Shown one piece after another: positions 49,600 through 64,000 of a DNA stretch of 64,000 nt. This DNA is from Octopus vulgaris (taxonomy: Eukaryota): positions 56,978,001 to 57,042,000 of the forward strand of contig OX597822.1 of assembly GCA_951406725.2 (NCBI GenBank), in the 5' to 3' direction. Below the pieces are notes generated by a model. The model saw nothing but the letters and a program-made list of their open reading frames with translations. It was not told the origin of the DNA and searched no databases. Position 1 is the stretch's first letter. The number at the start of each line of letters is the position of its first letter. The translations under genes and the position numbers were made by a program.

Positions 49600-51230
49600 A
49601 AGTAGTCTTAGTTTTATTACGTGTTTTCAGTGCACTATTGAGCGCAGTTCTGTGTGCCTTGGATACATGCGGTGGTTTGTTTTGGTGATGTTATTTTTAC
49701 CGAATTGAAAGTGCTCTACGTAGAATGTGAGCGGTGCCTAGTGGTGCTATTTTCTGTGTTATATATATTCCTAAAATCTGGTGTTTTGGTTAAGTACTTG
49801 TTTGCATGTTTTTCTTTCGTTTTTTTTTTTTTACTTTGCTTAAAGAACCTCTTACTTTAGTAGGGAATGTTTCTGTCTTCGAGTTCTACATTCGCGTTAT
49901 CTCTATTTCCTGATCTTTGTATTTCTTTTAGACATATATTGTTATCTGCTGTTGAACTAATATATCGATTAGAAGGCTTCTTTTCTTGTTGATCCTTGAC
50001 AGCAATATCCGCCCGACCAACCTTGATTTCCTCATCTGTGGGTAAAGTCATACCTATACCATGTTTTTCTGTTGTCACTCCGTGATGCTGGCGTAACCTC
50101 CAGTGCATATAAGTCCCAACTCTATCATGTTTTAAGATATATTCCTTCTTAGCCAAGACTGGGCAACCATATTTATTATTTCTTCCCCATCAATACATAT
50201 ACTGCTGTTACTTATTGTATTCTTGCTTCAATAATATGTTTTAGGGGTTTTCTGGTGGGGAGGCTTTCATCAATTGCTGCAGTAAAGAACCTTTTCAGTC
50301 TCTGCTTTGATTCCTCCGCTTCTAAAACAGTATTAGGATTTAACTTTCTCTATTTACTGTTTACCTTTTTGCCAGTGTTTGCCATGTAAGGGCTTTTCAT
50401 GCCATCATTTTATCAGAACTTTTTCATAGTTCCAGCTTTTGCTTAGATTTTAGCTGCTTTACAGTTTTCGCTGTTTTCTTTATATTTCTCATATTTGTTA
50501 TATTATGATCTCTTCTAATTTTCAGCTTCCTTGAAGACAGAAATCAGATCTTTGCTTTGCTCCTGCTTTGTGGATATCTATACCAGTTTTCTTTGGTTCT
50601 GAGTTAGATATTTCTGTAATCCCATGGTGGATAATTTATAGTAGTTTTCTAGTTGTATAAGGCCTCTACCGCTTTCGTTTCGTTGTTTATATAACCTTTC
50701 TGTGTCACATTTTGTGTAGTGTATTCCAAATACAGTCATTACTTTTCTTGGTTTCCTTGGCTAGTTCATTTAACGTCCAGTTAAAAATATTGTAACTGTA
50801 ACTTAGAACTGAGACAGCTAAAATATTATGTTATGTTTTTTTTATATTTTACATTTAGTTATTTTAAGTATTAATTTAATTCATATATAATATAATATTC
50901 CTACCTTATCTTTTCTGTCGTTTGTGCATTTTATACACTATCTTTTTCATTGGTTCCTAAATATTTATATGTCTGGATTTCGTCTAGTTCTCTAATTTTG
51001 TCTTTATCTACTCTTCGAGCTTTAGCTAGGAATTCTTGTTCTAAATCTTCTTTTATTTCAGGTATATCTTTTTTCGCTATTTTCTATTCCTGCAGTATTT
51101 TTCTTTCTTTTCTGTTCTTTAATTTTGTTTTGTTTCTAATTTCATTAAAGATTGATAGATCCTTTCTTTTATTTTCTATCGTTTTTCTGGATATTTGTTT
51201 TCCAAGTAATTTGTCTGAGTTTTGATACTC
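49600..51230 (-). mobile_element. Older degenerate R4/Dong copy, 3' end in (ATT)n
   Basis: AKKEYILKHDRVGTYMHWRLRQHHGVTTEK; collinear with 22002-23450. Confidence 0.8.
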
Positions 51231-51603
51231 CTAATTGAATGGATCTGTAGGAATATGCACTTTCTTCTGTGACTGCAGAGGTTGTTGCTTATATTATTTA
51301 ATTTAGCCTGGCTTATTTATCCCCAATGGCTACTTGCAACACCTGTGCCTGAATAGACAGAGATTCCATGTACATAACTGACGGGGGAATCGTTGCTACG
51401 CCTAACTAATGGCGTCTGTTATTAAGAAGTCTAAGGAAGGCCGGAATCACACCATCTGGCAGATAACAGGCAATGGCAACAGCAGGCGATTATCTCCCGC
51501 TAGCAATATAAACATGAGTGTTTACATGCACTACAAGTCCACAATATTTTGTATTCTAATACAACATCCACTTTTAAGTGGGGATAAATATTACCTTATG
51601 TAT

Positions 51604-51866
<263 letters not shown>

Positions 51867-52415
51867 GCTGCATACATACAGTCATCCATAAATACATACA
51901 TACCTACCTACATACATTTACAAAGAGATATTTAAATTCAAATATAAATGTACAGATAGTGATTCATGAATAATCATGTATTTCCAAACACATACACCTA
52001 CGCACATATCTTTTTAACACTTAGCGACAATCACTCGTACACCGTACATTACATAAACAAGTTCGAGCATCACTTTATCTATTAATCAATTCAGACATCT
52101 TCCATTTATATGTATCGATCATTCTCGTACCAGTTAATAGTTACACATCGTTCTTAAAACATCTATGAATATTCTAACAAGAATAAGTTTTTTTTTAACA
52201 GCAGGCCTGTTGGTGTTTCTATACATAAAAGAAATAAAAAAGAAAATCAAAATCAAGAGACAAAATGAGAGGTTAATAAATTATGAGCTATAGAACGATT
52301 ACACAATCTTCTATATCCCCGCAGAATAGTAGCACTATATGCAACTTCGTGCATACGAACACAAATTCAAGAAACATAACACTTACGTATATACCTGAGT
52401 GTGTCTGTGTGTATA

Positions 52416-52497
<82 letters not shown>

Positions 52498-52513
52498 TTT
52501 ATATGTATGTATG

Positions 52514-52569
<56 letters not shown>

Positions 52570-52574
<5 letters not shown>

Positions 52575-53492
52575 GGCTCCAAAAATCAGAACCCAAAATC
52601 TTTGAATAAAACTGTTAATTTTTATTTTTCTTCTATTCTTTTTCAGGGTATAGAAGTCGAATTTGTGCATGGAAGATTGTCTACCCCAATAGTCTACCCC
52701 AACATGTCTTGGTCAACCAAAGAAAAGACATTTTACCTGGATGCCTGCTTGTTTCTATGACGAAGCGCACTTTTGACTGTCAGGAAATGTAAACAGCAAA
52801 AATAATGTTTATTGGAGCACCGGAAGAAGTGTTTCGGAGGTCGTTGCACTCAACAAAGTGCACAGCATGGGTAGCAGTCTCTAAACATGGCATCATCGGC
52901 CCATATTGTTTCAAAGACAAAAATGAGAGAGCTCAAACGTTGAATACGGAGCGCTATGTAGCAGTGCTGAGGAGGTTTTAGGCACTACTAGGACGACGCA
53001 GAGGAATAGATTGAGATGAACACTGGTTCCCACAAGACAGGGCCATTCCATCACGTATCAAATAACTCCCTAGCGTGGCTAAGTGAATGATTTCAGGAGA
53101 GATTCATCAGCAGGAAGTGTGACGTTATGTGGGCACCGCTTCACAGGACTTAAACCCACCCAGATTTTTATATGTTGGGGTATCTCAAGGATAATGTTTA
53201 CCAGAACCCTCAAACGATTGGTGAACAGAAGGCAGCAATCTCAACAGAAATCAGGGAAATCCCTAAAGAGAAATGTGTTCGAGTAATTGTCAATTTTGCG
53301 CGACGTATACAAGTGTGCCTCCAACGCCGCGGAGGTCATTTGGAATATATTTTGAAAATAACATGACTTTTATGCAAAGGACATGATCGTACACAGACTG
53401 GAGTCCAACAAATTTCAAGGAATTTGCTGGAACTTTGTAGGATTTAATACAAGTTTTATGGGTTCTGTTTTGTTTTTTTTTGGTGGGGGGCA

Positions 53493-53497
<5 letters not shown>
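52570..53497 (+). mobile_element. Internally deleted Tc1/mariner-superfamily transposon in (TA)n
   Basis: Imperfect TIRs (ggtgg..ccaaaaa.cagaaccc); DEAHF.LSGNVNSKN, WAPLHRT/PDF..LGYLKDNVY, CLQRRGGHLE. Confidence 0.8.
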
Positions 53498-53529
<32 letters not shown>

Positions 53530-53533
<4 letters not shown>

Positions 53534-54747
53534 CGATGCGGTGAATAAATTATTTTCTAAATTACGCACAAATGAAAATAAAAAAGTTATATTTACCAAA
53601 ATTACATAAGAATATGACTTCAGAATCTCCTGCAAATCTTCTGGACGGTCTCCTTGTTTAAGTTAGTCGATGCTGCCATAATCCTTGCCTTCGGTTCATC
53701 TTTGCTGTTACAAGGAGTTTTGTTGGTCTCTCGCTCAACTGTGTCCCACACATAATAATCAAGCGGGTTGCAGTCTGTGGAGTTAGGTGGCTAGATGTTA
53801 GGTGTGGCGTGGTCGCAAACATTGTCTGTCATCCATGACTGCGTTCTCCTGCTTTTGTGGCATATGCAGATTCCTGTCGCCAGACATAGGGTCTTCCAGC
53901 AGCCACCCTTTTAACCCAGGGCAGTTCTACCTCCTCCAGGCACTTGATGTAGGCCTCCGTGTTGAGTCTGAGGATGTGTCGGAAGATGAATGGAGGCATA
54001 ATGCCGCCATCACTAGTTACCACTTCAAACACCGTGTTGATGACTGGATGTTTGATTTTTATCCCTTTCGGTACATGTTTTATGGACACGGCAAGCCAAC
54101 AGTTGTTCAGTGTGTTCAGTATCTGATCCTGGCTGGAATTTTTCTCGTCTGCGGAAAACAAAAGCATCTTCGGTTGGAGGGGTTGTTTGGATTTTTTCAA
54201 AAGCTTCGTAACGAGGTCTTTCTTCTTGTCCTTGATGACTTGGGATAAAAATTGGCCCTTTGTCATCTTGTATGAGGAATACTGAATGTCTTCATGCACT
54301 ACCTGCCTGATAAGAAAGTAAAATACTTCCATATCCCTAGCGATGGACCTGATTGGTTTGGAGGGATCGTTGTCAAACATGGCCTGGATCTCACCAACAA
54401 ATTCAGGAGTTCTTTTTTTTTACCAGAAAGATCAGAGTGAGTTTTCCCAGCTGCTGTACCTTCGCAATCACCATAAGACTATCCAACTCTTGCTGAAGCC
54501 TCTGCACTGTCCTCAGATTGACATCCAAACTCTTTGAAATGTTTGTATTGGAGTTTTCAGTGCGAATGCCAAGCAGTACAGCATGACGTTTACAAATTAC
54601 TGGCAGGGTAAACTGTAACATGGTGCTGTTTTTCTCACAGACGGTACACGACTGAGCCTACTATACTGTGTAGTTAACAAAATCAAAAACAAACAATGCG
54701 CAAAATTAAAAATATAAAATGGCGATAATTTACCCACCGCACCGTAT
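53530..54747 (-). mobile_element. Tc1/mariner-superfamily transposon, degenerate, both TIRs present
   Basis: TIR acg.tgcggtg..taaattat at both ends; FSADEKN, GRPYVWRQESA; related to 37240-38390. Confidence 0.85.
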
Positions 54748-54813
54748 ATGTGGGTGTGTGTGTGCGTGTGTGTAAAGATATATATATTTATACATACATA
54801 CAGACATACATAC

Positions 54814-54885
<72 letters not shown>

Positions 54886-55333
54886 GTAGACACGTTTTAT
54901 CCTTTATCCGATAATACCAAGCTCAAGATTTAGGTAAATCAACCTCGGCACTAATCAGAGAGGCTAGTGGGGAAAGAAGACACTAACATATGTCACTGGA
55001 AGTCATAATATATCACGCCAAGTTTGCATGTGTCGCAGAAAAGCTGGAAGGAAAAGAAACTCGTGGAAAAATATTCAGATTGGAACGTATATTCATTGGT
55101 TACGTCCCTTGGATAAGGATCAGATGATGGAATCACAGTAAATAGGGTAAATATCAGTAATGTTGGGCTCGAGTAAAGAGATATTCGACTCTGTGGCCCT
55201 GTCCTACAACCAGACCCTTACCACTTGTGCATTTAAGGATTTGTTACACGCCGAAAATGAAAATGCCATCAGAAAGTTTTGTGGTAAATACCACTTCTCC
55301 CTAAACTAAAAACCTGTATAGAGAAGCTCAACA

Positions 55334-55588
55334 CCCGTGGTTCTCAACATTTTCATTTGGCACCTGGGCCCCATCCGTTGCGACCCACCATTACCACTAT
55401 CACCACCAACTCACTCCCACAACCATAGACCACTTTCTGCAAAAAATTCGAAACAATTGAATCTCATATATAAAACTCAACCTAATTAACCCATTGTTTT
55501 GGGGTCTTTTTTATACCAATCACCTCCTTTTGGCCACCCCATTATCGCCCCACTGAATTTTTCCACTACCCACTTTGCAAAGCACTGC
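55334..55588. mobile_element. Possible hAT-type MITE
   Basis: c.gtggttctcaac ... tttgcaaagcactg ends resemble Charlie-type TIRs. Confidence 0.35.
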
Positions 55589-57119
55589 TCTCCATGGTAG
55601 TTCGGCCTGCTGATACAACAACTAAGAAAATTAGCAGCTGCCACAGCGAGAGCTGAAGAGATATACAACTAAAGACTATCTCATACTATACACGTGCCAA
55701 GAAAGAAGCCTCTAAGCAATCACTTGACATTCATAAATAGCAACCAAATCTTCCTCAAATAATTTGTTACTGTCTTTTTAAATAGGAAAATGAACTGGTA
55801 GATTGAATAATGGTTGAATGATAACGACGACAGTTCTTCGTGTCCGAAGATCACATGGAAAACTGGCTACCTGCATGCAGAGTAGAGGCTACTATTTGCA
55901 GTATCATCCAGTACCTGTCGTTTTCGTCTTTCCTCCATCGCTGCAGGGTTTTCCTTCCTGTCTACGCTTAGTAGTTTTAAGGTGAGTGTCACACCGCGCA
56001 ATCTGATCCCACTCTTTAGAATTGGAAGTCTGGCCAGAGTGGCTCAGCAAGCTAAGACGGGGGCAGCGACCAGTAAGTTGTAGGTTTTACATTAACCTTT
56101 TATTAAGTGAATTGTCTTGCAGGGCTTCAGAGATACTCTTACTCTGAAGTTGCCGAAAGAGTATCAAAGAGGGCGCCGGACCGCCTGAGGGTCTCTGCTC
56201 CTTTATTTCCTATCGAGGCTGACACCCCAAGCCTTTTCCTTTACCAAGGCATTCATAACACAGTGAGGGTTTTCGCTTGAAGTTTCTTCCCTACCATACT
56301 ACTTAACCTACAACTGGGACCCAAACAAGTGCTATTGCTGCATGTCAGAATAGAACTGGAAATAATAACGGTCACGAACTGATTCCTCACTTCTCAAAAC
56401 GCTGGAACTCCTGAACCAAGATTCCACTATTGGATGTTGTTTAAAGTCATACTCTGGGGAAAATGATCAAATATTTCTAATTATACTATTCATGAAAAAG
56501 AAAATCAGAATATTCATGGTTCTACTCCATCAGAGCCGACCAAGGCTACAACAGGCTCAGTTAATATAGGCTATTAATCATCCATACATTGTTTGCGTAG
56601 GAAACTTGTAAACCACACATCTCTGACTGTGCTGACATATTTATAAGATACTTTGCCGAAAGGTGTACTACCTAATTATTCTCTGCCTGATATCTTCTTT
56701 CTCAAGCCGTTCCTGAGAATGTAACTCTTTTATAAATGTTTGAGAAGTTATTGCTATACGTTTCTAAGTTCAATCTTACCTCTAGAAGTTCGATTTTACA
56801 TTCTTGTTTACTAATTAGTTTATTTTGTTTTTGTCTTAAATTAACAACCTTGCTGTTATAAGAAAAGCCACTCTTAAGACACAAATGGAGTAAGAATTTA
56901 TAACTGTCCAGAGGTATTTACAGAATGATTTATAGTTTAGAAATGGTTTAGAAAATAAATGAAAGGAAATGCTATCTTGTCTTATAAACAAGGTTCATAC
57001 TTATTTTATTACGATGTTTCTGTGCTTCGAAGGTTTATTTTGTTTTCCTTAGCCATATTGAAACAGGGAAACCGGGCCCTTGAGCCTGGCTAGGCTTTAA
57101 AAGGGCGCATTTATTTTAT

Positions 57120-58775
57120 TTTAAAATATAAAGGACAATACAATAATGACAGTGGATATTTACATAAAATCGAGTAAAATGCCAGTGATAACACTGTTAT
57201 CAAAACCAATAAAGGTGTCGACAAGGTCAAAACAATAGAAAATCTCTAATGCAGGGGAAATACTACCAAGAAGCAACCAAGAAATCACACAAACCCCGAG
57301 TCATCTTGATCACCAGGAATACTATCGGCCTACAGACACATGCTTAGTACACGCTCATTCCCTCGGGCCATTCTAACTACATTCGTTCATCTTCTTATAA
57401 ATTCATTGGAAGCAGGCATCGCCACACTCAACCCTCGCTTTGTTTTCCAAGTGGTACTTTGAGAAGTCGATGAAGACTTGGTCAATAAAGAAAGTATCCT
57501 TTCAGTCTCGTCTACCATACAACCTTTTCACCAGAGCCTCTTGGAAGAGGACAACTGCTGTCCTTCCCAACCAAAGGAAGGTAAGGGTGCATCTTCACGA
57601 GAGGCTCAACTGATAGACGGATCCGTCCTGCACGCGATAGCAGCTGTTCAAAATAACTCCATAAGTCAACAATGTTCGGGCAGTACTCGAGTGTGTGTAG
57701 AATCTCGGAAAGGTGCGGCTGACGGCACTACTATGCCAAGCCTATAGATTAGATCTCGAACTGGCAATGTCTCCCGATTAGATTGCCAAGCCTGAGATTT
57801 CTAGAAATTATCCATGAGCCCCATCCAAAACAGAAAAGTCAGACAAAACAGACAAGCCAGTTGATTTTCATCGACTCTCAGAGTTTCCCTAATGACGCTG
57901 CCCCTCTTACCTACCACTTATCCTATGTAGAATTCTATGATGGAACATCCACCAACAGTATTTACAGACTGGTAGAAGGCTGTGAGCACCTGGCGATACT
58001 GATGCTAGCAGTCGACTTGCGCCGATCTAGGCTTGATCATGGAAAGTAGCGCTATTAAAGAAACGAGCTACGGATACCACTTCAGCGCATGTTTGCGCAT
58101 CATCAGCCTCGGTATGCTCAGTCAACCGGGCATCGGATTTTAACAGTAAATGGAGCATCCTACCAGTAGAACATGTCTCCTCAGCAGAATGCGGAAGAAC
58201 TAGTGTTCCATTCTGGTCAGCCATGAAGTGGGACAAGAGGCACGACAGCGACAATGTAGTCGTCTGTCACTTGCGCACGATCCTTCAAGGATAATTTCCT
58301 CATGGCCCATTTCTGGGTGAGAGTAGCTACTCTGCTCGTCATTCTGTCTCAGTTCTGGTCCATCTGATGATATGGTACAAACGACTTAACTGGTCTTTCC
58401 GTCCAGCGTCTCATCATGCCACTGGATGGCATGGGCCTGCCTCTCCATGCGTTTAGCTATAGGTACAATGCATTTTCCTGGTTAATTTTTGCTCTGGTCG
58501 ACACCTAGTTTTCCTTTAGAATAACGCCGATTACCTCGATGTATTCGGTGCCTGATATTACCCATATTACGGTAACGTCGTCCGCATAGCCAAACAGAGA
58601 TCTCACGTATCTTAGCTCACGCGGAAAACTTCTAGCTTCTGAAGCAGTGGATCTAGGGGTCAGTACGTACAAACGGAGAGACAGAAGATCCCACTGACGA
58701 AACAAATGCATGAACCTAAACGATTCCGATAGGTGGTCATTTACTCTGACAAGCAAGCAAATGCTGTACATTACA
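57120..58775 (-). mobile_element. Old degenerate Tx1-like ORF2 3' half
   Basis: VRVNDHLSESF, GYADDVTVI; nucleotide blocks such as gcccatttctgggtgag and gctgacggcact shared with the young copies. Confidence 0.8.
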
Positions 58776-58789
58776 GCATACTATATATA

Positions 58790-59872
58790 TATTAAGTTGT
58801 TTCACATGAAATGTCGTATTTGAAAGGTAATAAAATGTTTCAGAAGTGATAGAGAACTGATTTATTTAGTCAAAGTATGATACATTTTCCTTTATTACGT
58901 TTACCCAACGTTTTGCTATGTCATTATATTCCATCCCTAAAAAACATTCATATTTTGCTGTGATAAACAGTCCGAATGCTTCAATTACCTCTTCTCTATT
59001 TAAGAATGTTTTATTGCTTATGAAAAACTCAAGCTGATCAGTAGGTGAGATATCAAGAGAACAAGGAGGATGTTGCATAATTCAGACTTTGTAACTTTTG
59101 GACCGTAGCTTGAGGAGTGTGAGGACGTGCATCGTCGTGGAGCAAAATTGGTCCATCTCTATTCCCTAGACTGGGTTGCTTCTTTTTCAAATTCTCATGC
59201 ATACAATCAATTTCCTGGCAATACGATCTTGCTGTTACCGTATTTCCTTGTTGCAAAAATAAATAATGAATAACTCCCTTCGTAGACCACCATACGGTGA
59301 CCACTGACTTTTTAGGGTGGAATGGTGGGTTTGGATAGTGTTTAGGTGACTCTCCTGCATCTAATCACTGTCTTGTCCTCCTGCTGTTGTCAAAGATTAT
59401 CCATTTCCCATCACAAATAATGATTTGATGCAAAAATGGTCTTTTTCCAGCCGAGAAAGCAATGAGGAGCACACTTCGAGGCCTCTGTTTTTTTTTTTGG
59501 TGTGGAACAAACCTATCTGTTTTCTTGACTTTTCCAATTTTTTCGGGTGTCCAAAAACAGTTGTGCGAGATGTTTGCAGTTCTGATGAAAGTTTTCGAAC
59601 CTTTGTTCTCGGTTTTTCTTCAACCAAAGCATTTAATCCATCTTGCCGAATAACTGATTTTGGCCTACCCCTTGGTTTATTTTCAAGGTCATCATCTCCT
59701 GAATGCTGCGGCAGAGGACGGTTGTTATCCTTTTTAATAAGGTCTGTGGGTACGAATTTGTATACCAATATTGTTGGGAAAGAAGTCAAGATTAAATGCA
59801 AGGTATACATAATTGAGTTTTTAAATGACTGAAATAACAAGTAATTAAAAATGCGACATTTCATCTAATATA
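58790..59872 (-). mobile_element. Degenerate mariner (DD34D-type) transposon
   Basis: MVTVWWSTKGVIHY, ILLHDDARPH, HPPCSLDISPTD; ends aaatgtcgtattt / aaatgcgacattt are inverted. Confidence 0.85.
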
Positions 59873-60279
59873 TATGTGTGTGTGTGTGTACATATAGTAT
59901 CTACGTCTGGAACATGAGTTAACTTTCGGTTTCAATATCACAAACTACATCATTAGATGAGCTGTTGTTTGTTATTGTTGTTGACGGAAATATCAGTTGG
60001 CTCACTACGTCATGTGTCACTGGTTCTATGTCTTGTTGGCAATAGGGGAGTTGATCGCAATTTATCCCATATACAAGAATCAGCCACCTTTATCATAGAA
60101 ATATAAAAATCATTATAGTCTTTTTAGAACACCAAATACTGCGTTATTAGTCTTGAGAGAATTTCTCACATAGGCGCTTGGTACATAAAGGCACACAGAG
60201 ATCATAGCAGACTCGAATCATCGACACCCATCACAGACGATTCTCATCTGCTTCTCAGGGCTAATAACGTAATATACAG

Positions 60280-60600
60280 TGTTTTAAAGATTATTTTTGC
60301 TACTGATATTGCTAACGTCATCACAAGGTTTCGTGATCTCATACCGAATCGTGGGGACGTGAAAAGGCATAGGTTTTCTTTTACCACTCAACCAAGCTGT
60401 TAGCATTGCATTAAGCACAGCAAATATCTGATGTCCAAACATTGGTCTCCTACAGTACAATAACATTAGTACTTGTAGGCAAGTTCGATCGTTGTTTTTC
60501 TCGCTATGTTCATCGGTGTTGTATAGGTGTCTACTATCCATAGACAGCAGAATTTGTCTGGGTTATTTACACCAGCATGACTGTTTCATATTATTCTCGA
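60280..60600 (-). mobile_element. Fragment of a DNA-transposon-associated Cys-rich N-terminal domain (superfamily uncertain)
   Basis: VNNPDKFC...AWLSGKRKPMPFHVPTIRYE resembles the widespread NxPDxFCY...WxxGKRxxMPFxVPxxWREP motif. Confidence 0.45.
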
Positions 60601-61419
60601 TTACCACAGAAATATATAAGTAATTAGAATATGCTTTCTGGTGTGTCCACTATATCACGTGAAATAAATTATTAAGTTACATATTGAACTTCATAAATGT
60701 ACAAAATAAGCAGAATTTAATTTCACAAATTTGGATAGGAAAATCTATTTGTTTTTCTGAAATAAATTCTGTGTTGCATAAAGTGTTTGTAAGTTTCTTG
60801 CTGTAAGGCGAAGTGCGAATAAGTGGAGAAAAATGTAAACTAGACGTATAACATTCATTAAAACGTATGAGTTTTAAATTGGTATAAACGACAAGTAAAT
60901 GATTAACGTGTCTTGTGATTGAAGGCAACCGATTATATTCTGAGGAACTCATCTGAAGGTTTCATTGGGGTTTTAAGTCTGTCCTAATTCGACGCTGACA
61001 TATTTGACGTTTCAATGTTTCTCTCGTTCTCTCCCTCCCTCTCCTTCTCTCTCTGTCTGTGTGTATGAGTATATTTCACTTACGTGTATGAGGAGAGGGG
61101 AAGTGTTTATGTCAATCGTGTTCAATCTAATAAATTGTAATGTGTCTTCCTCTCTCATTATCCCTCTTTCAAATCCGTATGTGCATATTTCTGTGCGCGG
61201 GCGTGGGTGTGCTTGCGTGCATGCGTGTTTGACTCCAGTGCCAAAATGTACTGCCGAAATAGGTTCAATGTCTAGGTGAGCCGTGCCAAATCACCAGCAT
61301 CCAAACAGATGCGCCCAGTCGTCCCATTGCGTACGGCAAAATATGGTAACTGGTAGCACTGAACAGTGTATGATATCTAAGTTGGCGGACACATATTTAT
61401 GTATTATTTTGCAGTATTG

Positions 61420-61790
61420 TAGACAGGATGTTTGCCTATATCTGACAAGATGAAAAATGGAAATGGACTTCAGATCGATGCCTTATAATAGTCTACTTAT
61501 TACTACAGACTTCTCAGATAGGGATCCGTTGGTCGCTGATGCTTACACTTCAGTCTTCCATAAAATCAAATAGCAACACTTCTAAACTTATATTATGCCA
61601 ACGCTTTGCAATTTGTGAACGTTAGTTCATGTTCAACTTTGTCAAAGGGCATTGGTGTAATTATGGTATACACAGTCAACACTTGATCGACATCACAGGC
61701 ACTTTTGAATTTGGTTGCATTGCTACAGAGATAGATGAGAGGTCAGCCAAAGTGGGGATCAACAAGCAGGTGCAAGTCATCTTCATAGAT
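61420..61790 (-). mobile_element. Degenerate CR1-like RT fragment
   Basis: DVDQVLTVY.NYTNA.FDKVEH-like remnant of the YLDxxKAFDKVxH motif. Confidence 0.35.
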
Positions 61791-61848
61791 TCTTTCTTCT
61801 ATTCCTCTTCCCTTTCGTCTTCTTCTCCACCTCCCTCCGCCATCCAGA

Positions 61849-61865
61849 AGTAGTAGTATCAGCAT

Positions 61866-61905
<40 letters not shown>

Positions 61906-61906
61906 G

Positions 61907-61980
<74 letters not shown>

Positions 61981-62062
61981 GGTGGTGGTGGTAGTAGTGG
62001 TGGTGGTGGTGGTGGTGGTGGTGGTAGTAGTGGTAGTAGTGGTGGTGGTGGTGGTGGTGCTG

Positions 62063-62131
<69 letters not shown>
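61849..62131. repeat. Compound (AGT)n/(GGT)n trinucleotide microsatellite
   Basis: Direct inspection. Confidence 0.9.
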
Positions 62132-62290
62132 TTGATAACAACATCAACTCTGTATGGAATGATCTCAAGTTATGCAGTGCAAAAGACAAAACAACTGATT
62201 TAGCGTGCGGGCTATAGTAGAAAAGAGTGCTGCGACTAACTTCAAATAATAGAAAATTGCTGATTGTCAACAAAATACAATTAAGCAAAG

Positions 62291-62323
<33 letters not shown>

Positions 62324-64000
62324 GAGTGAAAGAGGGGAAGAGAGAGGGACTTGGACGAACAGCGAACTGAGAAACGCTGAGGAATTATTAAAATAGAATA
62401 GGGTAAGTACTGAATAAGTATGAAAGGCAAAATTGCGAGAGATAACAACAGAAGCACCATATTTATATATTTGAAGGAAACCTAAATAGTAGGAGCAGTT
62501 CTATAGCGTTTGGTGTAATAATAAGATTCATACACTCAGTAAGAACTGATACAAACTATGTAACTATAAATAAACAAGGAACATAATATTATGAAGCACT
62601 TCGAACTAATCTCAGGTTGAAAGAGTATATTAGCGAATTGTTCAATAAAAGAATTATAAATTAATTGATTCCTTTACCTTAGATTACATTTTTCTTCAAG
62701 TTATTACAAAGTAATTAATAATCGTTACTAGCTAACCAAAAAAAAAAAAAAGCCGCAAATTTAAGGAAATAAGTTAGTTTCTTATTCTGACCCAACAAAT
62801 ATATTTCAACGGCATGCGAAGAGTAAAAGGAAAACTTGAAGTTGGTGGAATTTTGAACTCAAAACAAAAAGACGGATCAAATACCGAAGAGTACTCCTCT
62901 CAACTAGAACGCTCTAATTCTTCTGCCACCCCATCGCCCGGTAAAAGGCAATTAATCATTCAAAGTGATATGTGTGTGGTTAAGAACACTCATTACAACC
63001 AAATGGTCTCGGATTCAGATCGACTGCATGGCATTTCGGACAAGTGTCATGTTAGTGAATCTGATTGGCGGGAAATCTGCGGAAATTTGCCGTATACATG
63101 CATGCAACATACATACATACATACACACATACATATATATTTGCGTGTGTATGTGTGTGCGTGTGCGCTTATATGTGTCTTTGTGTTTGTTCTCCCATCA
63201 CTTGATAACCACTGTTGGTTTGTTTACGTCCAGTAACTTATCGGTTTGACCTAAGAATAAGTAAAAAAAAAAAAAGAATTAGAATAAGTAAAAAAAAACA
63301 AAAATAATTACTTGGAGTCGGATGGGTTCGATTTTTTCGACGAAACCCTTCAAAGCGGTATACTAATATGGCCACTATTCCGTTTCGTACAAAATATTAA
63401 TATATCAATTTCCATGTTAACAAAGAAAATTTGTCAACGTGTTGTCAACTATCTATCACAGTGCAACTGCTACTTTCATAACATTGTATATGATATATTC
63501 ACACTCGAGAGATGGTCGAATATATGTTGGCCCACGTACTTTTAAACACAAAAGCAATTAATGAAAATCACCATAAGCAGGAATTTCCTTCACCAGAAAA
63601 GAAATAATAAACCTGGAGAGAAAATTTTTCAGAAATACATTAGATTATTGTAGCCTTTTAAAAGCATGATATGTAATAAAGAATAAATTCAAAATACTGA
63701 AACTTCTGAAAAAGAAAAAAGAACAATAGCAAGAAGGCAAAATGTAAAAAAAAACAATATCCGAAATGACAGACGATATTGATAAGCATGAATATGTTTC
63801 GATAAAAATGAAAATATAATCATAAAAACAGAAAATAAGCAACTTTTTTCTCTGAAATAATGACACAGTCATTATTATGGCTTGTTCAGCTAAATATTCG
63901 TGATATTAAGCAAAGTTGGAGTAAGTAAAGAAAAGATCAGCTCAGGCTGGAAAAAGCTTGAAGTCGTTTCGAAACTGTATCAGAGTAGAGTGGATAAAGA

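Noticed and set aside
62814-63236. 140-aa ORF as a host gene
   Set aside because: 5' part is a degenerate minus-strand SINE; 3' part is microsatellite and SINE sequence

Overview
Eukaryotic, AT-rich, repeat-saturated DNA. The microsatellite spectrum and SINE/LINE types look like an octopus/cephalopod genome (inferred). I can support no host protein-coding gene, and most short ORFs in the track are microsatellite read-throughs. The centre (21713-36917) is one nested structure bounded by a 12-bp direct repeat (TTGAATATTTTC). It is a head-to-head palindromic non-coding element, with each arm made of a tRNA-like head, an (AAT)n tract and a type-I hammerhead ribozyme segment. Its left microsatellite holds a 5'-truncated R4/Dong RLE retrotransposon. 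Its right microsatellite holds two tandem full-length Tx1-like LINEs with intact, ~99% identical ORF2s but strongly diverged ORF1s. Elsewhere are several Penelope-like element (PLE) remnants and inverted structures carrying hammerhead motifs of different families, spacer-less palindromes, older Dong and Tx1 fossils, Tc1/mariner and hAT fragments, and tRNA-derived SINEs. All alignments and RNA folds were done by eye.
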